Assembly (NCBI GenBank): GCA_937864465.1
Contig: CALMJU010000082.1
Location: 41,155-105,154 of the forward strand
Source of the DNA: an uncultured Acidobacteriota bacterium
Lineage (GTDB): Bacteria; Acidobacteriota; Polarisedimenticolia; Polarisedimenticolales; JAIQFR01
Direction of reading: 5' to 3'
Length of the DNA: 64,000 nt
In this document: positions 41,348 to 50,087 of the stretch, one piece after another
Position numbering within the stretch: the stretch's first letter is position 1
Layout of the letters: each line of letters starts with the position of its first letter
Notes under the pieces: model-generated
Seen by the model: the letters and a program-made list of their open reading frames with translations, nothing else
What the model was told of the DNA's origin: nothing
Database searches by the model: none
Position numbers and translations under genes: made by a program

Positions 41348-43331
41348 GGACGAGGACCCCCTCGATCTCGCCGAAGATCTGATCGTCTTCGAACAGGTTC
41401 TGTCGAATCGCGCCGGAAGGGCAGGCGGCGACGCAGGTCCCGCACCCCTTGCACAGTGCCCCGTTGACGGCGGCCTTGCCGCGCTCCCGATCGTGCGAGA
41501 TCGCGGTGTAGGGACAGAGCGCGACGCAGGTCTTGCATCCCGAGCAGGCCTCGTCGACGACGCATGCCGTGTTCGGCTCCAGCTCGACGCGGCCCGCGTC
41601 GACGAGCGCGAGAGCCGCGGCGGCGGCGGCTCCCGCCTGCGCCACCGTGTCGGGGATGTCCTTCGGCCCCTGGCAGCAGCCGGCGAGGAAGATCCCCTCG
41701 GTGAAGGTCTCGACGGGAGCGAGCTTGGGGTGCCGCTCCATGAAGAAACCCTCGTTGGAGCATCCGATGTTGAGGACTCGCCTCACCTCCTGCGCGTCGT
41801 GGGCGGGCTCGAGGCCCACGGCGAGCACGACCATGTCCACAGGGATGCGGCGGACGAAGCCCGCGAGGGTGTCCTCGACGCGGATGACGAGCCTTCCCTC
41901 CTCCTCCGGAGTCATGGTCCAGTCCGTGATCTCCGCCACGCGTCCGCGGATGAAGTTGACGCCTTCCTCCCGGAGCCTGTCGAAGAACTCCTCGTATCCC
42001 TTCCCGGCCGCGCGGATGTCGATGTAGAAGTTGTAGACCTGGGCCCCCGTGTGCTCCTTGAGGAGGTGCGCGAGCTTGAGGGAGTACATGCAGCAGACGC
42101 GGGAGCACCAGCGGTTGGTCTTCTGGTCGCGGGAGCCGACGCAGTGGATGATCCCGATCGATCGCGGTGTCGATCCGTTCTTGAGCCGCACCTCTCCGAG
42201 CGTCGGGCCGGAGGAGTTGACCATTCTCTCGACCTGCAGGGAGGTGTAGACGTCGTCGTAGACCCCGAGGCCGTACTGCGGGATCCGCGCGGCGTCGAAG
42301 GTCTCGAAGCCGGTCGCGACGACGATCGCGCCCACCTCGATCTCCCGGATCTCCTCCTTCTGGTCGAAGACGATCGCGTCCCGGTCGCAGGCCTCGACGC
42401 AGGTGCTCTTGCACTTTCCGGTCTTGACGCGGATGCAGCTCGCGGGGTCGACGACGACCACCTGGGGCGTGGCCTGGGGGAACGGGATGTAGATCGGCTT
42501 GCGCTTCCCGAGCCCCGCGTTGAACTCGTCGGGGACGCGCCCTTCCTTGTACACGCAGGCGTCGATGCACTCCAGGCAGCCCACGCAGAGGTCCTCGCGG
42601 ACATACCGCGGGCGGCGGCGGACGACGACCTTGAAGTTGCCGACGTACCCGGAGACGCTCGTCACGTCCGAGTAGGTCCAGAGCGTGATGTTGGGATGGG
42701 CCTTCACGGAGGACATCTTCGGCGTGAGAATGCACGCGGCGCAGTCCAGGGTCGGGAAGGTCTTGTCGAACCTCGCCATGTGCCCGCCGATCGTGGGCTC
42801 CCGCTCGACGAGGTAGACCCTCTTGCCGGCGTCGGCCAGCGTGAGCGCGGCGTGAATGCCGGCGATCCCTCCCCCGACGACGAGCACGTCGGGGTGCACG
42901 GGGACCTCGGTCTTCTCGAGGGCCCTGTGGAAGCGGACCCTGCGCACCGCGGCGCGGACGAGGTCCACGGCCTTCTCGGTGGCGGCGTCGGCGTCCTCGT
43001 GCACCCAGGAGTCGTGCTCGCGAAGGTTGACCATCTGGAAGAAATACGGATTCAGGCCGCCGCGCTCCGTGGCCTTCCGGAAGGTCTCCTCGTGCAGCAG
43101 GGGAGAGCAGGACGCGACGACGATCCGGTTCAGCGCGTGCTCCCGGATGTCCTGCTGGATCATCTCCTGCCCCGGGTCGGAGCACATGTACTTGGAGTCG
43201 CGGGACACGACGACTCCCGGGAGGAGCGCGGCGGCCTCGGCGACGGCCGCGACCCGGACCTTCCCCGCGATGTTCGATCCGCAGTGGCAGACGTAGACCC
43301 CGATCCTGGGTTCGTCGGCACGGTGTTCCAC
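41340..43331 (-). CDS. hdrA: Heterodisulfide reductase subunit A (full-length architecture)
   Basis: 663 aa from GTG 43331 (the RBS AAGGAGG lies upstream). Motifs present are GVYVCHCGSNIAG, GGGIAGIHAAL, the inserted ferredoxin CVGCLECIDAC...CKSTCVEAC, CSRVCCM, and the C-terminal CSGCKTCVALCP...CKGCGTCVAACP. Confidence 0.93.
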   Translation of the reverse strand: MEHRADEPRIGVYVCHCGSNIAGKVRVAAVAEAAALLPGVVVSRDSKYMCSDPGQEMIQQDIREHALNRIVVASCSPLLHEETFRKATERGGLNPYFFQMVNLREHDSWVHEDADAATEKAVDLVRAAVRRVRFHRALEKTEVPVHPDVLVVGGGIAGIHAALTLADAGKRVYLVEREPTIGGHMARFDKTFPTLDCAACILTPKMSSVKAHPNITLWTYSDVTSVSGYVGNFKVVVRRRPRYVREDLCVGCLECIDACVYKEGRVPDEFNAGLGKRKPIYIPFPQATPQVVVVDPASCIRVKTGKCKSTCVEACDRDAIVFDQKEEIREIEVGAIVVATGFETFDAARIPQYGLGVYDDVYTSLQVERMVNSSGPTLGEVRLKNGSTPRSIGIIHCVGSRDQKTNRWCSRVCCMYSLKLAHLLKEHTGAQVYNFYIDIRAAGKGYEEFFDRLREEGVNFIRGRVAEITDWTMTPEEEGRLVIRVEDTLAGFVRRIPVDMVVLAVGLEPAHDAQEVRRVLNIGCSNEGFFMERHPKLAPVETFTEGIFLAGCCQGPKDIPDTVAQAGAAAAAALALVDAGRVELEPNTACVVDEACSGCKTCVALCPYTAISHDRERGKAAVNGALCKGCGTCVAACPSGAIRQNLFEDDQIFGEIEGVLVHA

Positions 43332-43353
43332 GAAGCTCCTCTCCTCCTTCGCC

Positions 43354-44232
43354 CTAGCCCGCCGTGGCGAGGCTGCGCGAAGCGAGCGCGGCGTGCGCCG
43401 AGACGATGTTGCGGTGGAGACCCAGCGACTTCTCCGAGTGCCCGAAGGCGAGGCCGAGAAGCTGCGTGAAGTAGACCGTCGGGACGGAGACCTTCTCGCA
43501 GGTCCGGGCGATCTTGTCCTGGTACGAGTCGAGATTGAAATGGCAGAGCGGGCACAGCGTGGCGATGACATCGGCGCCCCGCTTCTTGGCCTCTCGGATC
43601 AGGAACCACGCGAGACGCACGCCGACGTCGGGCTGCGTGCCGGTGAGGCTCCCGCCGCAGCACTTGGTCTTGAGGGGATAGCGGACGACCTTGGCCCCCG
43701 CCGCCTCCAGCAGCCGGTCCATGAGCACCGGGTAGGTCTGGTGATCGAAGGTGGAGTACGGCCGGACGACCTGGCAGCCGTAGTACGGCGCCACGGCGAG
43801 CCCGTCGAGGGGGCGCTTCACCTTCGCCCGAACGGCGTCGAGGCCGACGTCGTTGACGAGCACGTCCAGGGGATGGCGGACACGGACGTTCCCCTCGTAC
43901 CGGAGCCCCGCGGCCTGAAGCCCCCGCCGCACGCGCTCGTCGAGATGGGGGTGGTTCCGGATGTACCGCTTGGTCTTCTCCAGAACGAGATAGCAGGCGG
44001 CGCAGGGCGCGACGAGGTCCATGCGGAGCGGCTCGGCGAGCGCGAGGTTCCGCGCCGCGAGCGCGAATGCCGCGGAGTTGTGCACGGAGCTGTAGGAGGT
44101 GGCCCCGCAGCAGTTCCAGTCCTCGATCTCGTGGAGCTCCACGCCGAGCGTCCGGAAGACCGAGAGGAGGGACTCCTCGTACGCCTTTCCGGTTCCCTTG
44201 AGAGAGCAGCCGGGGTAGTACGCGTATCTCAT
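43354..44232 (-). CDS. hdrB: Heterodisulfide reductase subunit B (two CCG domains)
   Basis: 292 aa from ATG 44232. The CCG motifs are WNCCGATS and TKCCGGSL, with partner cysteines PCAACY and LCPLCH. Confidence 0.92.
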   Translation of the reverse strand: MRYAYYPGCSLKGTGKAYEESLLSVFRTLGVELHEIEDWNCCGATSYSSVHNSAAFALAARNLALAEPLRMDLVAPCAACYLVLEKTKRYIRNHPHLDERVRRGLQAAGLRYEGNVRVRHPLDVLVNDVGLDAVRAKVKRPLDGLAVAPYYGCQVVRPYSTFDHQTYPVLMDRLLEAAGAKVVRYPLKTKCCGGSLTGTQPDVGVRLAWFLIREAKKRGADVIATLCPLCHFNLDSYQDKIARTCEKVSVPTVYFTQLLGLAFGHSEKSLGLHRNIVSAHAALASRSLATAG

Positions 44233-44819
44233 TTCGCCATCCCTTTCTCGGCCTCGGCGGCCTCGAGGAGCCGCTGCAGCTCCCGCGTTTGGCGGATGGA
44301 GTCCGCCCGGAACGACATCCGGCCGGTGCGGAGCAGGTTGAGGCCGAGGCGGGCCATGCCCAGGATCTTGAGGATGTTCGTGCGCCAGAACAGGCGAATG
44401 ACGAGCCAGCTCTCCGTCGAGCGGCCGCGCTTGAGGACGAGCTTGTAGAACTCCTGGGCGAGGACGGGGATGGAGAAGCCCTTCGGGTAGACCTTCTCCC
44501 GGATCGCCCTCTGCTTGAGCGCGTACATGATGTTCGTGATCTGGATCTCCTTGGGGCACTCGACGGTGCAGGCGTAGCAGGAGGTGCAGAGCCAGATCGT
44601 CTGGCATCGCAGCGCCTCGTCCTTGAAGCCCGATCGGGTCAAGGCGATGACGCGGCGCGGCGTGTAGTCCATGAACGTGCTGACGAGGCACGCCGCGGAG
44701 CAGGTGCCGCACTGGAAGCAGCTCGGCAGGTTCTCGCACCCCGGGATCGCGGCGATCTCGCGGGCGAAGTTGGGGTCGCGTTCCGCCTCGTACTTGATCG
44801 TCTGCCGGACCGGTTTCAT
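44229..44819 (-). CDS. hdrC: Heterodisulfide reductase subunit C (2x[4Fe-4S])
   Basis: 196 aa with CFQCGTCSAACL and CTSCYACTVECP. It is joined to hdrB by an ATGA overlap. The RBS GGGAGGAG lies upstream. Confidence 0.9.
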   Translation of the reverse strand: MKPVRQTIKYEAERDPNFAREIAAIPGCENLPSCFQCGTCSAACLVSTFMDYTPRRVIALTRSGFKDEALRCQTIWLCTSCYACTVECPKEIQITNIMYALKQRAIREKVYPKGFSIPVLAQEFYKLVLKRGRSTESWLVIRLFWRTNILKILGMARLGLNLLRTGRMSFRADSIRQTRELQRLLEAAEAEKGMAK

Positions 44820-44888
44820 GGGGCTCCTCCCACCCGGGGCATGCTCTGGTACGCCTATAGGAACAGTAGGGTATTGGGCTCGGTGTTT

Positions 44889-44902
44889 CTTCGGGCCCGA
44901 AG
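44889..44902. repeat. Perfect 14-bp palindrome CTTCGGGCCCGAAG
   Basis: Read directly from the sequence. It lies 70-83 nt upstream of the hdrC start in the divergent hdrC/folB intergenic region. Confidence 0.4.
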
Positions 44903-45012
44903 GCCGGCTGGATCGTCCGCGTTACGCATCGGGGTTTCGTCCGTGGGCCGTATGGGTGTTCACGCTAGCATAGCCGCGCGGGGACCGCACGCCTGGCAGG
45001 GCGCCTCCTCGT

Positions 45013-45041
45013 TTGACACCCCGGAGCGAGGGTCCTAGACT
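45013..45041 (+). promoter_or_regulatory. Sigma-70-type promoter candidate (TTGACA-17-TAGACT) for folB-queD-folE
   Basis: A perfect -35 at 45013-45018, a 17-nt spacer, and -10 TAGACT at 45036-45041. It lies 25 nt upstream of GTG 45066, with the RBS GGGAGGAG in between. Confidence 0.55.
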
Positions 45042-45065
45042 CGCGCTCGCCCCACGGGAGGAGAC

Positions 45066-45443
45066 GTGCCCGATCGCATCTTCGTGGAAGGGATCAAGTT
45101 CCACGGCTACCACGGCTTGACGCGCCTCGAGCGCCAGGTGGGGGTGCGGCTGTCCGTGGACGTGATCCTCGAGAGGGACCTCGGGCAATCGAGCCGCTCG
45201 GACCGGATCTCGGAGACGGTCGACTACCGGAAGGTGCACGCTCGGGTGCTGGAGATCGGCCGGGGGCGATCCCACAAGCTCCTCGAGTCGTTCGCGGCGG
45301 AGGTCCTCGACGCCCTGATCGGCGAGTTCGAGGCGGTGTCGGTGACGGTGCGGGTCCGCAAGGAGACGCCCGTGCTCGACGGGATCGTGGACGCCGTCGG
45401 CGTGGAGATGACGCGGCGCCGCGGCGGGGAGATCCCGCGTTGA
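45066..45443 (+). CDS. folB: Dihydroneopterin aldolase
   Basis: 125 aa. The segment IFVEGIKFHGYHGLTRLERQVGVRLSVDV is typical of FolB. Confidence 0.86.
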   Translation: MPDRIFVEGIKFHGYHGLTRLERQVGVRLSVDVILERDLGQSSRSDRISETVDYRKVHARVLEIGRGRSHKLLESFAAEVLDALIGEFEAVSVTVRVRKETPVLDGIVDAVGVEMTRRRGGEIPR

Positions 45444-45787
45444 AGGTGCGGCGGGCGTTCGAGTTCGAGGCGGCGCACCGGCTGCCGCGCCACCCGGGGG
45501 CGTGCCGGCGCATGCACGGGCACTCGTACCGGCTCGTCGTGACGGTCGATCGCCCGGTGGACCCTGCGAGCGGCATGGCCATCGATTTCGGCGATCTCAA
45601 GGAGATCGTGCGGCGCGAGGCCGTGTCGAAGCTCGACCACCGCGACGTCGGCGAGATCCTGGAGAACCCGACGGCGGAGGCGATGGCCGTGTGGGTCTGG
45701 CAACAGCTCGTCGGCGCCCTGCCGGGGCTCTGCGAGGTCGAGATCTTCGAGACGAGGAGCTGCTCGGTCGTGTACCGGGGGGAGTGA
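45440..45787 (+). CDS. queD: 6-carboxy-5,6,7,8-tetrahydropterin synthase
   Basis: 115 aa with a TTG start (TTGA overlap with folB). Motifs present are FEFEAAHRL, CRRMHGHSY and DHRDV. Confidence 0.88.
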   Translation: MKVRRAFEFEAAHRLPRHPGACRRMHGHSYRLVVTVDRPVDPASGMAIDFGDLKEIVRREAVSKLDHRDVGEILENPTAEAMAVWVWQQLVGALPGLCEVEIFETRSCSVVYRGE

Positions 45788-45789
45788 CG

Positions 45790-46374
45790 ATGGACGCCGA
45801 ACGGATGGAGCGGGCGGTCCGCCTGTTCCTGGAGGGGATCGGGGAGACGTCTCCCGGAGACGAACTCGAGGAAACCCCCCGGCGCGTCGCGAAGGCCTGG
45901 GCCGAGGACCTCGTCTCGGGCTACGGGCGCGACCCGGCGGCCGAGCTGTCGTGGGTCCCGGCTCCCGCCGGAGCCGGGCCGGTTCTCGTCCGCGACGTTC
46001 GCTTCGCGTCGGTCTGCGCGCACCACCTGCTCCCGTTCGTCGGCCGGGCGCACGTCACCTACCTTCCCTCGCGGCGGCTCGCCGGTCTCAGCAAGATCGG
46101 GCGGGTGGTCGACGTGCTGGCCCGCCGCCTGCAGATCCAGGAGCGCCTGACGAGGGAGATCGCGGACGTCCTGGCGCACGTCCTGGAGCCCCGCGGCGTC
46201 CTCGTCGTCCTCGAGGCGGAGCACACGTGCATGACGCTCCGGGGGGTGCGCAAGGAGGGGAGCCGCCTGGTCACGCTCGCCTCCTCCGGCATCTTCGACG
46301 CCGACCCGGTAGCGCGAGGGGAGATCCTCACGCTCCTCGGGCGCGGGGCGGGGTCGTTTCCCACGGGGGCGTGA
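45790..46374 (+). CDS. folE: GTP cyclohydrolase I
   Basis: ATG 45790 is in frame with track ORF 45502..46374. Motifs present are FASVCAHHLLPF, LQIQERLT and EAEHTCMTLRGV. Confidence 0.93.
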   Translation: MDAERMERAVRLFLEGIGETSPGDELEETPRRVAKAWAEDLVSGYGRDPAAELSWVPAPAGAGPVLVRDVRFASVCAHHLLPFVGRAHVTYLPSRRLAGLSKIGRVVDVLARRLQIQERLTREIADVLAHVLEPRGVLVVLEAEHTCMTLRGVRKEGSRLVTLASSGIFDADPVARGEILTLLGRGAGSFPTGA

Positions 46375-46376
46375 CC

Positions 46377-48635
46377 ATGCGGGTCCTCGCGGCCCCGGCG
46401 AGGGCCTTCCTGGCGGCGGCGTTCGTCGCCTTCCCGGTCGGATCCGTCCCCCCCGGCGACGAGCGGGCCTCCTCGGTGCTGGCCTCGGGGGAGGTCGAGC
46501 CCGTCCTCAGGATCGGCCTCGAGGCGCGGCACCGCATCGCGCTCGATTCGGGAGGGCCGTACCGAATCGTGGATCCGGAGTCGGGAGCCGCGGTGTGGCG
46601 GGAGACGTACTCCGGGGAGACTCTCGCGATCGCGGAGGGGGGCCCCGAGGGGGAGCCGCCCTCGGTCTACCGGATCCAGGCCGGGGCGTTCTCGACCGAG
46701 GAGTCGGCGGAGGCGGAGCGCCGGCGTCTCGAGCAGGTCTACGGGGAGCCGGCGATCGTCCGCAGGAACCCGGATCGCGGCTCCTTCCGCGTGAGGCTCG
46801 GGCTCGCGACTTCGCGCGAGGAGCTCTCCCCGCTGCTCGCCCGCGTTCGCCGGGACGGGATGGCCTCCGCGTGGGTCGCGGAGGAGGCGGTGGAGGAGAA
46901 GGCGGGGGTCTCGATCCGTCTCGTGGACCGATCCTTCGAGAGCCTCGTGACCGGGGCGAGGCGGCTCGCGGTTCTTCCCTCTCCGGGAGCTTTCGTGTCG
47001 GTGGACGGCAAGAGATACCGGGGAACGATCGAGATCCGGGTGACCCCGGCCGGGCACGTCCGCGCCGTCAACTGGATCGGCCTCGAGGCGTACCTGCGCG
47101 GGGTGGTCCCGGCCGAGATGGGGCCGGAGGTGTGGCCGCAGATCGAGGCGCTGAAGGCGCAGGCGGTGGCGGCGCGGACCTACGCCTGGCGGAACCGTGG
47201 CCGGTTCGACGAGGAAGGGTTCGACGTCTGCGCGACGCCTCGCTGCCAGGTCTACGGCGGAGCTTCCGCGGAGCATCCGCTGACGGACCGCGCCGTCGCC
47301 GCGACGCGGGGCGAGATCGTGGTGTTCGACGGGGAGCCGATCTCGGCGCTGTACACCGCGACGTGCGGGGGGCACACGGAGGACGCGTCGGAAGTCTTTC
47401 CGGAGGAAGACGCACCGTACCTGAAGGGCGTGCCGTGCCGGGCCGAGGGGGCCCAGGCCGCCTCCCTCTTGACGGAGCTCTCCGGCCGTCCGCCCTTCGC
47501 GAGCGTGAGGGGCGAGGAGGACGCGGGACGCGACCTGGCCCTCCTCGTCGCCTCCGGTGTCCTCGGTCCAGGCGGGTCGGCGCCCGGGACGGCGGCGCAG
47601 GCGGGCTCGGCGGAGATCCGCGCAGCGACCACCGCCCTCGCGGCCCTCGCCGGGATCCCGGCGCCGCGGGGGGGGCCCCCGGACGCCGCCACGCTCGCGA
47701 GCGCTCTCCGGGCGATCGTCGAGGATCTCGGATGGGGCGAGCGGCTCGGCCTGCTCCTGAGCGACGCCGACGTCGAGGCGCTTCTGCGGGACGACCCGGA
47801 GCGCGCGTCGCTCGCGCCGCCGGAGGCGCGGGCGGTGGCGTACCTGGCCTCGCTGGGGGCGCTGCGACCGGGCGCCGACGGCAGGTTCCGGGCCGGGGCG
47901 CCTCCGACATGGGCCCGGCTCGCCCCGGTGCTGGTGCGGATCGGCGACAGCTACGAGGCGTTCGGGCTTCGCGAAGGGGTCGCGGGTGCGCCGGCGGGCG
48001 ACGGCCGCCTGCGGGTGATCTCCGGGAGGTCGGAGTCGGTCCTCCGGATGGCGGCCTCGCCGCACCTGTTCTCCACGAGCGGAGGCCGCGCGGTCTCCAG
48101 CGGGGGGCTCGTCCTCTGGCCGGGGGATCGGATCCGGTTCCGGACGGACCGCGCGGGCCGCGTGGACTTCGTCGAGCTGTGCCCTCCCGTGAAAGGGGCC
48201 TCGGACGATCGGAGCGCGGCGGTCCACTCGTGGGAGGTTCGCAAGACCCGCGACGAGCTGGAGCAGTCGCTCGGACGCCGCTTCTCCATCGGCGAGCCGC
48301 GGTCGTTCCGCGTGCTGCGCCGCGGCGTGTCGGGCCGGATCGTCGAGATGGAGATCACGGGCGGCGAAGGGGCGGTGATCCTCCGGGGCTTCGATGTCCG
48401 GACGGCGCTCGACCTGCGGGAGAGCCTGGTGTCGCTCGAGATCCAGCGGGACCCGGAGGGGAACCTCGAGGCGGTCGTCTTCGCGGGGAAGGGGTGGGGG
48501 CACGGGGTCGGCCTTTGCCAGGTCGGGGCCTACGGCATGGCGGTCCGGGGCGCGACGTACCGCGGGATTTTGGGCCATTACTACCGGGGGACCGAGGTTC
48601 GGCCCCTGGCGGTCGAAGGCCCCGCCGGCCCATGA
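46377..48635 (+). CDS. SpoIID/LytB-domain protein with N-terminal SPOR domain
   Basis: 752 aa from ATG 46377 with a signal peptide. The SPOR-like segment is YRIQAGAFSTEESAEAERRRLEQ...FRVRLG. The SpoIID motifs are LKAQAVAARTYA, TATCGGHTED and GKGWGHGVGLCQVGAYGMA. Confidence 0.88.
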   Translation: MRVLAAPARAFLAAAFVAFPVGSVPPGDERASSVLASGEVEPVLRIGLEARHRIALDSGGPYRIVDPESGAAVWRETYSGETLAIAEGGPEGEPPSVYRIQAGAFSTEESAEAERRRLEQVYGEPAIVRRNPDRGSFRVRLGLATSREELSPLLARVRRDGMASAWVAEEAVEEKAGVSIRLVDRSFESLVTGARRLAVLPSPGAFVSVDGKRYRGTIEIRVTPAGHVRAVNWIGLEAYLRGVVPAEMGPEVWPQIEALKAQAVAARTYAWRNRGRFDEEGFDVCATPRCQVYGGASAEHPLTDRAVAATRGEIVVFDGEPISALYTATCGGHTEDASEVFPEEDAPYLKGVPCRAEGAQAASLLTELSGRPPFASVRGEEDAGRDLALLVASGVLGPGGSAPGTAAQAGSAEIRAATTALAALAGIPAPRGGPPDAATLASALRAIVEDLGWGERLGLLLSDADVEALLRDDPERASLAPPEARAVAYLASLGALRPGADGRFRAGAPPTWARLAPVLVRIGDSYEAFGLREGVAGAPAGDGRLRVISGRSESVLRMAASPHLFSTSGGRAVSSGGLVLWPGDRIRFRTDRAGRVDFVELCPPVKGASDDRSAAVHSWEVRKTRDELEQSLGRRFSIGEPRSFRVLRRGVSGRIVEMEITGGEGAVILRGFDVRTALDLRESLVSLEIQRDPEGNLEAVVFAGKGWGHGVGLCQVGAYGMAVRGATYRGILGHYYRGTEVRPLAVEGPAGP

Positions 48636-48791
48636 CTGGGAATCGGACCTCCAGGAACCTATATTCCCGTTGCGGGAGAACTGGCGTCCCCCACACCGAT
48701 TCGGGGGCGCAAGGGGTCGGGGCGAGCGGGACCATCATCGGGACGGCACCCCCGGAGCGCGCGGCGCGAACGGGGGGCGGGATGGAGCATC

Positions 48792-49130
48792 ATGGGTGCC
48801 TGGCTCAGCTACGCAGGCCTCGCCGTTCTGGCGGCGACGGCCTGGCTCCTCCTCGCGGGAACCGCCGGGTGGGTTTCACAGGAGGTCGCGGACCCGTGCA
48901 TCCCGCGGGGCGCGACCCTCGGACTGGCGATGGTCGGCCTGGGTCTCCTCCTGCGGTTGCTCGCCCCCGTCGGCAGGGGGCTCGCCCGCGGCCGCTGCGA
49001 GCGCTGCGGGGCGCCGACGGACCTCGGCCAGACGCTCTGCCGGGATCACCTGAAGGTGAGCCTGGACCAGATGCGGGACCGGACGAGGGAGGTCCTGCTC
49101 CGCCGGGCCGGCCCCCGCGGATCCGCCTGA
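48792..49130 (+). CDS. Small two-TM protein with C-terminal Cys motif (CxxC...C)
   Basis: 112 aa ORF with a strong GC3 bias consistent with coding, two hydrophobic helices, and the motif CERCGAPTDLGQTLC. Function is unknown. Confidence 0.5.
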   Translation: MGAWLSYAGLAVLAATAWLLLAGTAGWVSQEVADPCIPRGATLGLAMVGLGLLLRLLAPVGRGLARGRCERCGAPTDLGQTLCRDHLKVSLDQMRDRTREVLLRRAGPRGSA

Positions 49131-50062
49131 TCGCCGTCGTCGGCCCCACCGGAACGGGGAAGTCCGCGCTGGCCCTTCGCGTCGCGGAGATCCTGGGGGG
49201 AGAGATCGTCGGCTGCGATGCGGTCCAGGTCTACCGCGGATTCGACGTGGCCACGGCCAAGCCCGCCCAGGACGAGCGCCGCAGGGTGCCGCACCACCTG
49301 ATCGACGTCGCCGATCCCCGGATCGATTTCTCGCTCGCCGACTACGCGGACCTCGCCAGGCGCGCGATCGAGGGGATCGCGGCCCGGGGGCGGGTGCCGG
49401 TCGTGGCGGGGGGGACCGGGCTCTACCTGCGAGGGCTCCTCCGCGGCGTGGTGCCCGCACCCCGGCGGAGCGAGGCGCTGCGGGCTCGCCTCCGGGGGAT
49501 GGCGGAGCGGTACGGGTCTCCGCGCCTGCACCGCTGGCTGCGCCGGCTCGACCCGGGTTCCGCCGCGAGGCTCCCCCCGCGCGACGTCCAGCGGATCGTG
49601 CGCGCCCTGGAGATCGCGATCGAGGGGGGGAGATCCTGGAGCGAGCGTCTCCTCGCGGAAGGGACCTGGGCGTCGGGGGCGGAGCGCTTCGACGCGCTGA
49701 AGATCGGACTCGACGTCGAGGCGCGGGCGCTCGCGGGCCGTCTCGACGCCCGCGTCGACCGGTTCTTCCGGGACGGTCTCGCGAAGGAGGTCCGGGGCCT
49801 TCTGGAGGAAGGCGTGCCGGTCACGGCGAACGCCTTCAAGGCGATCGGCTATCGGGAGGTGCTCCGGGCCGTGCTTTCCGGAGCCGACCCTGAGTCCGCG
49901 AGGGAAGAGGTCCGCCGCAACACGAGGCGGTACGCGAAAAGGCAGCGCACCTGGTTCCGGAAGGAGCCGGGGATCGTCTGGCTCGACGCCTCCGGCGACG
50001 AAGGCGCGCTCGCGGGCGAGGCGGTGCGGCTCTTTCGGGCGGGCGGACGATCGCGGGCCTGA
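49127..50062 (+). CDS. miaA: tRNA dimethylallyltransferase
   Basis: This is the last ~311 codons of track ORF 46595..50062. It has the P-loop VVGPTGTGKSALA, plus VPHHLID and GGTGLYL. There is no ATG or GTG just upstream of the P-loop. CTG 49127 overlaps the upstream stop (CTGA); ATC 49121 is the alternative. The start is uncertain. Confidence 0.85.
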   Translation: MIAVVGPTGTGKSALALRVAEILGGEIVGCDAVQVYRGFDVATAKPAQDERRRVPHHLIDVADPRIDFSLADYADLARRAIEGIAARGRVPVVAGGTGLYLRGLLRGVVPAPRRSEALRARLRGMAERYGSPRLHRWLRRLDPGSAARLPPRDVQRIVRALEIAIEGGRSWSERLLAEGTWASGAERFDALKIGLDVEARALAGRLDARVDRFFRDGLAKEVRGLLEEGVPVTANAFKAIGYREVLRAVLSGADPESAREEVRRNTRRYAKRQRTWFRKEPGIVWLDASGDEGALAGEAVRLFRAGGRSRA

Positions 50063-50087
50063 CGACGCCCGGAGGGCGCGGATCGCG

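Noticed and set aside
29485-43331. Possible selenocysteine (in-frame TGA) sites in MvhA, MvhD or HdrA, as occur in some organisms.
   Set aside because: All expected positions carry Cys codons (DPCFSCATH, DPCHGCATH, and the CxCG and CSRVCC motifs). None of these genes is interrupted by an in-frame TGA.
29485-44739. N-terminal extensions of the track ORFs covering the hydrogenase/Hdr genes (for example 29485..32310, 32330..35155, 34072..36339, 35238..37466, 41340..43571, 43354..44739), plus plus-strand ORFs such as 29509..30999, 32336..34171, 35409..37427, 38484..39956, 39565..40989 and 41295..43469.
   Set aside because: In each case a family-typical N-terminus with an RBS is found internally. 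The upstream extension overlaps the preceding gene in another frame. The plus-strand ORFs are antisense shadows.
44846-44859. A possible sigma-54 promoter upstream of hdrC (minus-strand AGGCGT-ACCAG-AGCATG).
   Set aside because: The GG and GC dinucleotides are spaced one nt shorter than the invariant sigma-54 spacing, and the -24 T and -12 TT are missing.
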